Source of the DNA: Sminthopsis crassicaudata
Taxonomy: Eukaryota
Direction of reading: 5' to 3'
Length of the DNA stretch: 64,000 bases
NCBI RefSeq assembly: GCF_048593235.1
Contig: NC_133617.1
Span: 396,990,067-397,054,066 of the forward strand
The stretch's first letter is position 1. Each line of letters starts with the position of its first letter. Under the pieces are notes generated by a model. The model was not told the origin of the DNA. It worked only from the letters and a program-made list of their open reading frames with translations, and ran no database searches. Shown here piece after piece: positions 10,385-28,670 of this stretch. The translations under genes and the position numbers were made by a program.

Positions 10385-13215
10385 TTTGTTTTAATAGTTT
10401 TATTTAAAGTTTTAAGTTCCAAATTCTATTCCTCCTTTCCTTTCTTCCCTCCATTCTCCTGAGATGGTAAGAAATCAGATCTGGTTAAACATGTATAGTT
10501 ATGTAAAACATTCCATATTAGTTATTTTGTGCAAGAAGGCTCAAATAAAAGGAAAAAAATAAAAGTGAAAAAGGCAGGCTTCAGTCTATATTCAAATAGT
10601 ATCAGTTCATTCTATAGAGGCAGGTGGTGTGCTTCATCATTAGTATTTTGGGATGTTTTGGATCATTATATTGCTAACAGCTAAGTCATTCAGAGTTCTT
10701 CATGGAACAATATTGCCATTAGTGTACAACATTCTTCTGGTTCTGTTCACTTTACTCAGCATCAGTTTATGTATTCTTTCTGGGTTTTTCTGTAATCATC
10801 CTGATTGTCATTTCTTATAGCACAATAATATTTCATTACAATCATATACCACAATTTGTTTTGCCAATCCCTACTTGATAGGCATCCCTTCAAATTCTGA
10901 TTTCTTAGTCACCACTTGAGGAGCTGCTATAAATATATTTATACACCTAGATACTTTCCTTTTTTTTTTTTTTTTTTTTTTTTTTTGATGTTTTTGGGAC
11001 ATAGATCTAGCAATGGTATTGCTGTTGTTTTTACTATTTTTACTATATTTCAATGTATTGGTTTCCCTTGTAACAGTATATTGTATGCATTTAAACATGT
11101 TATTTTTTTCTCAACAGTATTTTATTTTTCCAAATATATATATAAATATGGTTTTCAACATTCATTTCTGTAAGATTTTATATTCCAAATTTTTCTCCCT
11201 CCCCTGAGACAGCAAGCAATCCAATATATCTTAAACACATATAATCCTTCTAAACATATTTCCATATTTGTCAGACCAAAAGGGAAAAAACCATGAAAGA
11301 TAAAACAAACAAACAAAAAAGATGAAAATGCCATGCTTCGATTCATTTTCAGTCTCCATAATTCTCTCTCTAGATAAAGATGGCATTTCCCTTCCCAAGT
11401 TTATTAGAATTGTCCTGGATCATGGTTTTACTGTGAAGGGTTTAGTCTGTCATAGTCAGTCATCACATAATCTTGTTGTTAATGTATAAAAAAAAATGTT
11501 ATTCTGAGAAAAGATCTATTCATTTCATTGAATTGCCAAAGATGTCCATGAGAACAAAAGTTAAGAATTTCAGATCTAGTCTAAATCAACAAAGTTACCC
11601 AGAGAGATGCAGAGCTAGGGAATGTGTCCCGGAAGTTTGTAAATCACAGAGAACATGGCACTTACCTAGCATGCCCCTCAGAAGGTAAGGCACCACGGCA
11701 AACACACTGAACACAAGAGTGTCCTTTCTATTAAAAGAGTTCTAGGTGAAAAGCCAGCCATGCTACCTGTGGTTAAAGTGGTACAAAGTAAAAAGTTATT
11801 TAGATTTTTTAAATAGAAAAATTAAAATGAAAACAACTTTTAGATAACAATACATAAACCTGTCAAATGAATGAAAATAGCTCAAAGTGGTCAAATTCAA
11901 TGATGGTTGAGTTATGGGGAATACTCATGTATTGTAGGTATAGAATTTAAAAATCATAAAGTGTGCCTTTTGGCCTTCTGTTTCTACCACTGGGATTATA
12001 TCTTAAATTAATTCAAAGGAGAAAAAAGCTCTACATATATGTCTCCCAAGAGAAAGGCCCCATTCATACCAATATATTATAACAGCATTTTCATTGCAAG
12101 CAAAGAACTGGGAACAAAGTTGATGCCCATTGACTAGGAAATGACTAAACAAATTCTGGTGCTTAAATGTAAATGATATATTATTGTGCTATAAGAAACA
12201 ACAAATGTAATGAATAAAAAAAAAAAAAAAAAGCTGGAAAGACTGGAAAGACTTAAATAAACTGATACAGAGTGAAGTTACTAAAACCAAGAAAATATTA
12301 TGCACGACAACAACATAATTAGAAAGAATAACCACAAAATAATAAAAAATGCATTCTTCAAAATTATAAAGACCAAGGATGACCCCAAAGAAGAGATTTG
12401 AGAAAATTACCTTCTCCTCAATTCCTTTGCAGAAATGGGAAGTCCACAGGTATGTGGTGAATTTCTCCAAGCAGACACTTTTCAAAGTCTTTACCAAGTG
12501 GCAAATATCACAATATTTATAAAATATTATAAATGTTGACAGTCACAATATCCTGTCTGTTCTCATACAAATTAGGCTAGTTTTTCCTTAAAAAGTTACT
12601 GGCAAACTAATGAGTCTATATCCCTAAGAGATCATAAAAGAAGGAAAAATATTTGTAGCAGCTCTTTTTTGTGGCAGCAAGGAATTGGAAATTGAGTGCA
12701 TGCCCATCAGGGAATAGCTGAATAAGTTATGATATATGAATGTAATGGAAAACGATATAGTTCTATAAGACGTGAGAAGTAGGCTAGTTTCAGAGAAGCA
12801 TGAAAAGACTTACATTAACTAATGCTGAGTGAAGTGAGCAGAGCCAGGAGAACATTGTACACAACAACAGTAAAATTGCGTGATGATCAACATGTGCAAT
12901 TCTTCTAAACATTATTCCATATTTATCATGCTAAACAAGAAAATTCAGATCAAAAGGGAGGGAAATGAGAAAAAAAACAAGTAAACAACAACAAAAAAGA
13001 TGAAAATATATGTTTAGTACCCACAGTCCTCTTTCTGGATGGCACTTTCCTTCCCAAACCTATTGGAATTGACCTGAATCACCTCATTGCTGAAAAAAGC
13101 CACGTCCATCACAGTTGATCATCACATAATCTTGTTGCTGTGTACAATGTCCTTTTCATTCTACTCACTTCACTTAGCATCAGTTCATCCAAGTCTCTAC
13201 AGACTGTTGATCTCA
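10385..13215. mobile_element. Array of older L1 3'-end fragments in both orientations
   Basis: Repeated L1 3' motifs (gttgatcatcac, tgtacaatgt, atgctgagtgaagtgagcaga) at about 10390-10950 (-), 11100-11480 (-), 12040-12440 (+), 12610-12890 (+) and 12890-13215 (-). Confidence 0.7.
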
Positions 13216-13751
13216 ACATTTCTTTTTACCTTATTAGATTGTAAGAAATTAATTTTCAAAAACTGGAGAGAAAACTGATTTCTCTTAATTATATCCCACC
13301 ATTTAGTAGCAAAAGTTTTCTAATGGATGATTATGTGGTATATCTATCTGTTAGCACAGCAGAGAAATAAAAGGTAGTACATACAAAAACTTAGGTATCC
13401 CAATAAAATTTATTGAGGAGTGTTATATAGCTAACCAAGGCTTCTGAAAAAGGGGCAGAGGCCAAAGTTTATCCAAGAATTTCTAGGAAGTATGTATCTC
13501 GTTTCTGTTTATAGATCGTCTCACACCAATCATTTGTTCCATGAAGGACTAGCATCTCCAGATCAGTTCTTGAGAAACAGCAGCACAAAAACGGCTCTCT
13601 ACCTTGTTCTTTATATAGTAATAGCTAATATAACGTTTTGAGATTTGCAAAGTGACATTTATAATATATACAAAGTCTCATTAGAGATTTGTATTAATTA
13701 TATCATCTATATAGACATGTAGGTTTATATGTATATGTGTGTGTGTATAGA

Positions 13752-14000
13752 TTTGTTGTAGTGGTTCAGTCATTTCAGTAACGCCCAACTCTTCATGACT
13801 CCATGGGAGATTTTCTTGGCAAAGATACTGGAGTAGTTTGCCATTCCCTTCTCAAGCTCATTTTGCAGATGAGGAAACTGAAGCAAATAGGGTTAAGTGA
13901 CTTACCCAGGGTCACACAACTAGTAAATATCTGAGGTCAGATTTGAACTCTAGTCCTTCTAACTCCAAGCCCAATGCTTTATCCAGGGTACCATCTAGCT
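13752..14000 (-). mobile_element. MAR1 SINE (CORE-SINE with RTE-like tail)
   Basis: RTE-like piece (tcagtcatttcagt...gattttcttggcaaagatactggagtagtttgccatt) joined to CORE gatgaggaaactga and the tRNA-head complement. Confidence 0.8.
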
Positions 14001-14374
14001 GCTTATATAGATATAGATATATACACATATATATACTCTGTATGTATGTGTGTATACAGTCCCATGTCTGACATTTTGGTGACACTTCACTTTCCAAGAG
14101 TATTTAATTATAGGAGCTCTTAACCTTGTTAGTGTTATAGAACAAAAAACTTTTGTCAGTTCAGTTTAGACTCCTCAGAATAAGATTTTTAAAGGCATAA
14201 AAAAAATACATAGTATGACAACGGAAACCAATTATATTGAATAGTTATCAAAATAATTTTTAATACAAGGTCATAGACATCTGCCTAAGGAATCCTGTTC
14301 TAAAGCAAATGGTTGGTCAGGAAGCACAGGTATCATCTGTTATTTGGTTCCCAATTTCCTAAGAACTTTGAGCA

Positions 14375-14539
14375 GGGGGCAGCTAGGTGGTGCAGTAGAT
14401 AAAGCACCAGCCCTGAATTCAGGAGGACCCGAGTTCAAATCTGCCCTCAGACACTTAACACTTCCTAGCTGTGTGACCCTAGCCAAGTCACTTAACCCCA
14501 GCCTCAGGGAAAAGGGGAAAAAAAAAAAAAAAAAAAAAA
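14375..14539 (+). mobile_element. WSINE1 with perfect 14-bp TSD
   Basis: Full-length consensus with A-tail; TSD aagaactttgagca at 14361-14374 and 14540-14553. Confidence 0.93.
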
Positions 14540-16557
14540 AAGAACTTTGAGCATAATAATTGGTTGGGGGTGAAAAGGGAGAAAATTAAGAGGGAGAAAT
14601 GACAGGCTCATCCTGTAACTGACTTTATACTTTTAGTATTCACTACATGGAAAAAGAGATCTGTTCTCATGGCCTTGAGTTAGGGAAAACATTCTTATCT
14701 GTGTTTTCTCAGATCTAAGAGCGGCAAATAGCAACAAAGAAAAGAATAAAGATACCACTATGCTTGTGCAAGACTTGAATTTCCAACTTAACTCTTAATA
14801 TTCCCAAGCCAATATCCAGACTCCAAAGCATGTTATCTCTATTGGTATAGTAACATTCACTCAAGAATACTGTTCAGTATTGAAACTAAATCAGATGACT
14901 TGCTATCTTGAGGAGGGAGAAAGAGAGGAAGAGAGAAAAAATTTGGAACATAAAATCTTACAAAAATGAATGTTGAAAATTATTTTTACATGTATTTGGA
15001 AAACTGAGAACACTGAGAACAAAATATAGTCCAATAGCCATATACTGAGATCTTGCACTTAGAGACAGATCTACAGGCAAGGACGGACCAGACTTCTTGC
15101 TCTCATCCTTCTTTCTCAGGCTTTAAAGACCTAGATCAGGTAGCTCCTCTTCAAATGAAGACTTCTCTCATTCCTTCCCACTAAGAGTGACTGATTTCCT
15201 TCAGTCACATGGAATTTCTGAGACCAAAGGACTTGAACTTTTTTCTGTTTCCCTCAATATTTAACCTACTAAGGTAGCACATAATAACTGAGTTTTTTTT
15301 TAAGTTGTCAACTCTTTCTCTACTTAAAATGTTCTAGAATACTTTGTCTAACTGTTCTTTTCCCCCCAGTTATATTCCTCTCTGTGTCAAAGGATTTGAT
15401 GTACAACTGTGATGGGCTTGGCTCTTTTCAACAAAGTGATTCTGGCCAGTTCCAATAGACTTGTGATGGAGAGAGCCATCTGCATCCAGAGAGGGGACTG
15501 TGGGAACTGAGTGTGGATTACAACATAGCATTTTCACATTTGTTATTGTTGTTGATTATTTGTTTTGAGCTGGCCACAAAATAGGTCCCCAACCTCTGCT
15601 AGTTCACTATTTCAGCCTTTCCCCTATTGGGGAAATAAAGGGCTAAAACTCCTCTGCCTGTGAAGGAGCTTACCACAGTCCTTGTATCCTCACTTGAACA
15701 TAGCCAGAGAGGAAAGAAGCAGAGCCTTGATTTGCTTGGTTAATACCTTTGGTTATCCCCCAATTCTAACTCAGTAGCTAATCAATAATCTTTCTCTTTA
15801 ATGTATGATTAGCAGACCAGAACCAGTCATAAAATAGAATATCTGTATATGCTTCAGTTGGGAGAACAGTACTCTTCTCTTACAGGTCTCACACCTCTCC
15901 AGATCAGGTTTCTCACCCTTTTCCACTGGGAGATTATATCAGCACGGTAAATATGTGTACTGACAACCCTCTCACCTCCTTTACTAAAGGAATGTCCTTG
16001 TCAAAACTCCACCAATTTTAGTTTGCAATTTTGCTAAGAGGAATTTCCAGAATTATTTTCAGAGATAGAGACTTGAAGCCAACAGAGTGAAAGAAGTTAA
16101 AAGAAATTGTTGGTTTTACTCCAATCAATCAACAATAATTTATTAAATACTTACTCTATGCCAAGGATTGGGCAAGGCACTAGAGATGCAAATAAAAAAC
16201 AAAAACAGTCCCTGTCCTAAAGAAACTTACATTCTAATAGAGGAAACAATATGTATATAAAGAGGGACCTCCTTATACATAGAAGAGGAAAGGTAACCTT
16301 AGAATAAAAGACACTAGCAGCTAAGTGGACTGGGAAAAATCTCTGACAAAGGATACTATATAGGGAAGGACTGCTGAGATCCATTATCACAAAGAGTCAA
16401 AATGAACCCTTTGGATTATTATTTTAAAGAGAAAATATACTGGCTTCTACTCGCATGGAAGAAAAGGATGCATAATAACTTGAAAAGCAGAGAATAAACT
16501 GATCAGAAGTATCAATAGAGGCTCCCAGTTTAAATAAGATAATGACAAAGTCCCCCC

Positions 16558-16560
<3 letters not shown>

Positions 16561-16610
<50 letters not shown>
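16561..16610. repeat. (CA)25 microsatellite
   Basis: Direct read. Confidence 0.97.
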
Positions 16611-16613
<3 letters not shown>

Positions 16614-18179
16614 TTCCAGACTTGGACAGGCATCTCTTGTTTGTGTAGAAAGTGCTGTGTTGCTCTGACCTTGCCATCTTTGTGGCTATATGGTTGTTCT
16701 CCTGGGACTAGATGGTTCCCTGAAAAGGCCACAAGTCCCTGTCTCAAGTAGGAATGTTCCCATATGGTTGCAATTTGAACTACATGATCTCTGGCTATTC
16801 TGCTCCTCCAGAAAGTTTTCAAATTCTTTATAGTAAAATGGAGAGTATCTTTCTGGGTTCCTAAAGATTATGTGAATGAAACATAGAGACTCTGACAGGT
16901 TCTGCCAAGTTGGAAATGTTTCAAGGACAAGCTAACAATAGACTTTATGTCAGAGAGCCAATCAACCTCAGTGTGGGAAGATTCATCTCCAGATTGGCTC
17001 AAAGGGTAACTTTTTAAAAACCATAGCATACCATGTAACTACCTACTAAAAGTGCCAAGACAGCTGTTGTCGGCATCAGTGAAAGGAGCATAAATGTTGC
17101 TACATAATCAGTAATTACCTTCTTGAGTTCCTTAAGAGACTTAAACAAGTGTCCTATTAAATAATGATCCTAATTGTTTTCAGGCACACAAATAAAACTA
17201 ACTTTTCCAATTCTCTTTTTTGCCTCTCTAAAGAGAACCTGTAAAAGGAGAGGTTCTTGACCTGTTTTTAATCTGAGATGAGTTTTTTTAAAATTTGTTT
17301 TGATAACTATCATTCAACATAATAGAAGAATACTATTGGTAGTGATAGTAATATTAATAATTATGAGAATTCACATTTGCATACAGTGAATGAAAAAGAA
17401 CTAAGGATCTGGCTTCTAAAACTATGGATAACAGTAAGAATTATGTACTAATCCCAATAGGAAACACAATGTTTATCTTTCTGATATAATCAAGTATAAA
17501 TTATCTTCGCTCCAAGTGAAGGTTAGTCTCCTCCTCAACGATGTAATCCTTGTTCTATAATTGCAGGTCTAAGCATAAATCATGAGATTCAGTGTTGGAA
17601 ATTTCTCAATAAAGAATCCCATGGCTTATATACTCCCTCCCCACAGAGTTCCCCTAGAAATACCTGAATTTGGATCCCGTTTGCCCCCAGCCTAGAGTAG
17701 TCCCCAGGAACATCAGAAGTTCAACTAGTTTCTCAAATGGAAAAAGGATCTTCAACTTTTGTATAAACATCCAAGTTAACAGAATATTAAATATAGGTCA
17801 GACTTAATTGGTCCCAACAGAAAACACAAATGATTCATATCTGAGAATATAAACACCCAAAACAAGTCATCTTCAAAGGCACAGGAGTCGAACTCATAGT
17901 CCACAAGTGCCTGTTAGAATTTTGAAAAATGTGACAGAGGAGAAAGGAAAGGAAGGACCTAAGGAACAATTGGAACTAAGGAATTGAGATAGAAGATCCT
18001 TTAGGAAGAGGAGAAATTGACTGCTTCTGTTCAAAGGAATACTTATATGGACCCACAGATATTATCAAGTGAAAGCTCATCCAGCAAACACCAGTAATGG
18101 TTGCTGGCTCCCTGATAAAGATCATTGAAGTAGCTATTTGCCAACTTGGCATGTAACACTAGGGAGGTTTGCAGGTAAT

Positions 18180-18965
18180 ACAAAGCAAAGAGGACAAGCT
18201 AGCTCAAACACAAGGTGACAGTCAGGATCCAGTAATATCTTGGCTAGAACATCACCAAATCTAAGAAAATAAAATTTAATAGGGATAAGTGGAAAGTATT
18301 ATATTTAGGTTTAAAAATTGGCTTTACAAATACAATGGTGGGGAGTGGGGGAGGCAGGAGGAGCATGATTAGACGTTAGTTATCCTAAAAAGATCTGTGG
18401 TATTTGGTGGATTACAAACTCTATATTACATCAATATTGAAAAGTGCCAAAAAAAAAATTAACATGATCTTTTAGGCTGCACTGAGAGGGCAGAGTTTCC
18501 AGGAATAAGGAATAAATGCTGCCACCATCTGCCTTGATCAGAGCATCTGAAGTTCTGTTCAATTCAGTTCTATACACCACATTTTCAAAAGGACACTGAA
18601 AAAGTGGACAGCATCCAGAAGGGAAAGCAACCAGGACAATGCAGAGCACTGAGTCCATGCTATATGAGAAGCAGCCAAAGGATGGGGAACTATTTAACCT
18701 AGAGAAGAGTTAAAGTAGCAAGCACTTGGGCAGGTGGGGGGGGGCAGTGGTAATAATGGAGATAGAGTGTTGGATGTAGAGACAAAACTTCCCTCTTTCC
18801 TCAGACACTTACCCAGACAGAAATGGAAGCAGTACAGAGGTTACAAAGATGAAGGTTTTATAGGAGGAACAATTACTAACACTTAGAACTAGTAGAGAAT
18901 GGACTGAACTGTCTCAAGCAGGAGTGGTTTCTCCTCAAAGAAAGGAGGCCTTCAGCAAAAAGTTG
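18180..18965 (+). mobile_element. L3/CR1 3' fragment
   Basis: Degenerate aaatttaatagggataagtggaaagtattatatttagg (KFNRDKCKVLHLG-like) and gaaaaagtggacagcatccagaag, typical of the CR1 RT C-terminus. Confidence 0.7.
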
Positions 18966-19429
18966 GATGGTCACTTGGTTACAAAGAGCTTTCTCATGCA
19001 TGACAGCACTTTTCTTATATAAATAATAAGAGTTATTATTCCAATTTTAATGTTGGGGAAATTCAGACTCATGATCACACAGCCACAAACAGCAGAACTG
19101 AGCCTCCAACATAATTTACCAGGGTTAAAAGAATTACACTTGTTTTGGAGGGGAGCAGAAGTAGGATATAAGAGCTGAAAGAAACTATCCAGTACTGCCA
19201 ATCCATGTTACAGATGAGGAAACTGAGACCCAGAAAGGGAAAATGTTTTGCCTTAGGCCATATACTTCAATATTTTTGAAAATGGCATTTTTTCTGAAAT
19301 AAGGCAGCCCTAAAAATTTAATAAGATGTGCCCTACCATCCAACTATTCTCCCTTGGCCCTTTCCCTTCCCACTTCTGTCCAACAATTAACCTCTTCTTC
19401 TGTGGCTAACCTTCTTGAGCTTCATTTCC

Positions 19430-20420
19430 TTTTACTTTCTTCTCTGCCATCTGGATTTTGATTTCATCACTCTATACTTTTCTCTCCAAAGATCCCTTAA
19501 TTGCCAAATATAACAGGCCCTTTCTTAGTTCTAATCCTTCTTGACTTCTCTGTAGCCTTTGACACAGTTAATCACCCTGTTCTTCTGAATGTTCTCTCCC
19601 ATCTAGGTTTTTCTGATACTCATTCTTAGGTATTATCCCACTTGCCCAATTGCTCCTTCCTGATCTCCTTTGCTGAACTGACCTTCTAGAAGTTCAGTAA
19701 TTGTTGGTGACCTCCAAGGGTCTATCTTTGGCTCTCTTCTTTTCGCTTTCTACACTACTTCCCTTAATAGTTTCATCAATTTCTATGGGTTCGATTATCA
19801 CCTCTAAGCCAATGATTTCCTCTGAACTCTATCCAGCTCTCATTTCTCTCTTAAATTCCAGTCTTCAAATGCCTCTTGACCTGGATCTCCTATAGATTCT
19901 GAAATTCAGCATATCCAACAACTCATTTTCTTCCCCCCCCCCTACTCTTCTCTTTCAAACTTCTATATTATTGTCAAGGGCATCACCATCCTCCCCGTCA
20001 CCTAGATTCATAAACTCCATGTTATGTTTTTTATGTTCACTCTACACAGCAAATCTCTGGCAAAGTCTTGTCATGTCTGCTTTACATCTCCCTTCTCATG
20101 TATTCTTACAGCCAACATTCTGGTGCAAGTCTCACACATGACCTATTTAAATAACCTGCTGGTAGATCTTCTTGCCTTAAGTTTTTCCCCACTTCACTCT
20201 CCATTCCAGTCAACTACCTAAACTGTAGATCTAACCATGCTGTCTTCCTCTTCAATAAACTTCTGTTTATTAAGCATCTAGAATGCTTCCTTCCCCCACT
20301 TGTCATTTATATTGTATATATTCATTTATTTTGTCATATTTTGTATCATTGTTTCCCTTGTTAAAAATATGAGCTCCTTGAGAACAAGGACTGGTTGAGA
20401 ATAAGTATCTTTTTTTGGCT
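19430..20420 (+). mobile_element. L2 fragment (RT region to 3' end)
   Basis: atccttcttgacttctctgtagcctttgacacagttaatcac encodes ILLDFSVAFDTVNH (L2 RT motif LDLSAAFDTVDH); L2 3' end ctccttgagaacaaggact near 20375. Confidence 0.75.
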
Positions 20421-22142
20421 CTCCAGTGAGTAATAAAACGCTTGGTATATAGAGTCACAAATAAATGTTTGGTGGCCATTGACTGATAGCATGCAAAAGC
20501 AGACCACATTTCAGAATGGTAGCTAATGAATGGGTTTGTAGGGAAGAGAAACATTCTAGGGGAAAATTTCCCATAATGGCCATCAGAATCAAAAATAAAA
20601 TGAAGAATGTGGAAGTTATATAGTTTGTATGGTCATTAAAAAAAAATTGCTCAGCAGGAGGGGGAAGTAGCAAGAAGCTACTCTAAGAAGGAGAAATAAT
20701 AAATACTTGTAAAAATTAGTTTTAAACTGGAATAGTTTTAAACTGCAAGGAAGAGTGGGAATAAGCTGTATGAGGCCAGGTTGTGAAGTTTTAAATGCCA
20801 GAGTATTTTATATTTCATTCTAATGACAATTGGGAGCTAGAGAAGTTTCTTAGGGGGAGATGAATTGGAAAGGGAGAATAATATGGTCAAAGTTTCACTT
20901 TAGGAAGAACATCTTGGCAGCTGAATGGAGGAGATTTGGATTTGGAAGAGATTTGAAACAAGACCAACCAGCTGGCAGATGGAGAATATGAGGGTGCAAA
21001 GTAGAAGAACTGGGTTTGACTCTCAGATCAGCAATTTGTGTAACTTAAGAAGGTAAGTCTCTTTATCTGTCTGAAGCTCACTTTTCTCTTCTGAAAAATG
21101 AAGGGATAAATGATTTCTAAAATCCTTTCCACATTCTGTAATCAATCCTAGGTCAGTCTGGAGTTGAGAGTTAAGCATCCCACTGGAGCTAAAGGTAGTG
21201 GGCAGTCCAGAGGGGCCTCAGGTTGAGAGATGCACATTGGTCTGGAGAGGGGGAGAAGGGGAAGGTCTGTCTGGACGGATCAGGGTGAGGTGGTTAGAGA
21301 TCAGTGTGGGGTGGTGGAACAGAGTTTTTCTATGTGTGGTGCTAACCGTCCAGAACAAAACAATGGTGTCTTAGAAGGTGAAATCTGAAGCTGAATGGAG
21401 ACAGGATTCAGAATGGAGACAGGCTCCTGGGGATGAGCTGCTAATTATCCTCCTAGAGGCTTCCGGAAGTCTAGCAAAGATTGCAACCTACTTGGCACCT
21501 TTTTGCCAGATTCTCACATATTTTCCCAGGCCTGCTGCCCTCTCAGAGCACGGGACATCTGATTCTCCAGCCCTCACCCCATACCTTTCTAGACCAACCC
21601 CCCTCCCCAAACAGGTGTCCTGAGCTGGAGAAGCTGCTCCTTTCCGGAAACCCGGGTGTCTTATTCCCTAGCTCGCCGCACACAAATAAGCTTCTGAAAG
21701 CATCTTTGTTTCTTTAGTCTCAGAGGGTACCACCCCAGGCCTGCCCCCTGCCTCTTTAATTATTCCCCTCTCCCCCAGCCTCCTCCCCTCTGGAGCACTT
21801 TAAACTCTTCCCCAACCAGCACCACCCCCTTCAGTGTTTTCCATAAAGTCACTGAGAAGAGTCCCGGCCAATGAGTGAGAAGGGAGAGAAACTGCCTTCC
21901 TGGGTCCCAGAAAAGCTGTAAGGATTGAAGAATCCAGACCCCTGGGTTCTAGGAGATCAAAGCAGATAGGGTGCAGAGCTGGGACCCTCAAAGATATAAG
22001 GTGAAAAGGAATGGGGGTTACTTCCCAAGGTATGGGGACTGAGGCTTCTGAATTCACTCAACCTTTTCCTCCAGACCTGTTAAGGGTTGTCCTTCCTATC
22101 TCCTAAGCTCTGTCCCTTTCCCTCAGGACTCTGTGAGAAAGA

Positions 22143-26142
<4,000 letters not shown>

Positions 26143-26799
26143 AAATGGTCAACTCAGCTCAGTATGTCGGGAAAGTGAAATAGGGAGGGAAGAGAGACTA
26201 TCTGCCACAGAAAATGGGAATGATGGCTCTTTCAGGGAGTAACAGTGATGAATGTCTGGATCTCTCCCTCACTTTCCTGACCACCTCAAGGGGCCAACTG
26301 ATCTCAGGATCCCCCTCCCACTTCTAGAATTGCTCCTTTTACCTAGTTCTGTCCCTGGAAAACTCAAAGCTATTAAGTAATTTTAACCTAAGGTGCCTAA
26401 TAAAGTTGAATAGACTCCTAAATTGTGATTTTGAGCGTCATGAACTCTTCTGCTATTCATTTTCCCTTTCTTCACATTAACCTCCTCTCTCTCCCTTCCC
26501 CTTGCCCCTCAAAAAAAAAAAAAAAAAAAAAAGCAGCTAAAAGTCAAAGTAAGCCAAGAGCAAAAACTAATATGTCTCCATCAGAGCCAAGAAAAAGGAT
26601 GTTATGGCAAGGAGTAAAATATAAAAATGCCCTTTGCTCCATGAACTTAGCCAGAGCCTATACATAAGGGATAAAATTGGAGTAAAATTTAGACAAGGAT
26701 TTGGCAGATCTGTTCTGGTCCCAAGTTTGCCACTGCATACCCTTAGGCAAGTCCCTTTTCTCTGGACCTCATTTTCTCCAGCTGTTTAAAGTTGCTCTC

Positions 26800-27610
26800 A
26801 AGAGATGCCCATCAGGTGGGGAATGGTTAAACAAATTGTGGTATATGGGGTTTTTAATTTTCTTTTTTAATAGTATATTATTTTTTAATTATATGAAAAG
26901 ATTGTTTTCCACTTTCAATTTTGTAAGATTTCAAATTCTAAAAATTTTTTTCTCCCTCTCTTACCTCCCTCCTTCCCATGCTATTAAGCAATCTGATATA
27001 GGTTATACATGTACATTCATTTTTAACACATTTCCATAAGCCATGTTCCATGTGAGTCATGTTAGGAAAGAAAAATCTGAACAAAAAAGGAAAATGAAGG
27101 GGGAAAAAGGAAAAAAATTAAAATATGCTTCAATCTATATTCAGTTTTCATATTTCTCTGGATGCAGATAGCATTTTTAATGCAAAATTTATTGGAATTG
27201 CCTTGCATCATTAAATTGCTGTGAAGAGCTAAATCTATCTTAGTTGATCATCACACAATTTTGATGTTACTGTGTACAATGTTCCAATATCATCTCTCCT
27301 GTTAGACTGTGAACTCCTTGAAAGCAGGGATTGTTTTTGCCTTTCTTTGTATTCCCTCCCTCCCTCTTGCTTAGTTTGGCACATAAATAGGTGCTTTAAT
27401 AAATATACCACCACAAAGAAATGGAAAATGAGTGAATGCCCATCAGTTGAAGAATGGCTGAATGTCTTACGGTATATGAATGTAATGGAGTACTATTGTT
27501 CTCTAAGAAATGATGAATAGGATGATTTCAGAAAAGCCTGGAAAGACTTACATGAACTGATGCTGAGTGAAGTGAGCAGAACCAGGAGAACATTGTACAG
27601 TAACAGCAAA
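26800..27610. mobile_element. L1 3' fragments (both strands) with an L2 tail
   Basis: CPSGGEWLNKLWY-type pieces (+), L1 3'UTR complement at 26860-27290 (-), L2 end tagactgtgaactccttgaaagcaggga at about 27300. Confidence 0.7.
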
Positions 27611-28523
27611 ATTGTCACTTTCTTGGTATTCAGTGTTTTGTAGATGTTTTATGTTTCTACTTTGCATTTTCACTGACTGTCACTTCTTTTTTCTGACCTC
27701 TCTGGCTTCCTTCAAGCCCCAGCTAAAATTCCACCTTGTATAAAAAGTCTGACCTCTTTTTAATATATCTTCCCTCTGACATTTTCTCTTTATCCTGCCC
27801 ATATCTTGTACAGCAAAAAATCAGTGACTGAATCAAAGAGAATGGAAGGGAATATGGTATAAGAAATCTGGAAAGGTAGGAGAGAGACAAGGTATGAAAG
27901 GTTTTAAAAGTCAAAAAAGATTTTATATTTGATCCATCCTGTAGGCAATAAGAACCAATGGAATTTATTGAACAGGTATATGAAACAATTAGGAAATTGT
28001 TCTTCTTGGTTTCGTTCAACCATGTAGGAGCTTTGTGGCCTGCTTCTAGTCATATGTTGACCCAGCACTGAAAGGACTTGGTTTTTTGTTATAATCTGGT
28101 AAACCCCAAGTAGTCGATTCCACCAATCACATTGACTCGGCAGGTAAGTTTCCACCCAAACCTTTTAACTGCCTTTTCTGCTTTGTGCTCAATTCCCTGG
28201 TGTGGACATGCAATCTCAGTAGTCTGAAAAGTCCATACATCTTGGGTCCAAGAATTGGAGTTGGTTGACAGGTGAAATATCTCCAACAAGAGTATTGGCC
28301 AAGGCTACATATTCTACTATCAGATGTCTTACTTGGAGTGATTTAGATAGTACAGTCTCCTGAGAAAACATAATTAAGTTTGTATGTATCAAATGAATAT
28401 TTATAAGTGCTTTGTGTATAGAGGAAATAAGTGCCTGTCTCATATCTGATTTGGATTATACATTGAATACCTTCCTACATCCATTTGAAGAAATCCTAGA
28501 TATAACCCATAATCTAAGATTCT

Positions 28524-28670
28524 TTTTTTTTTTTCCCCCTGAGGCTGGGGTTAAGTGACTTGCCCAAGGTCACACAGCTAGGAAGTGTTAAGTGTCTGAA
28601 ATCATATTTGAACTCGGGTCCTCCTGAATTCAGGGTTGGTGCTCCATCACTGCCCCACCTAGCTGCCCCC
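28524..28670 (-). mobile_element. WSINE1 with perfect 15-bp TSD
   Basis: Reverse complement of the consensus; TSD ataatctaagattct at 28509-28523 and 28671-28685. Confidence 0.93.
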
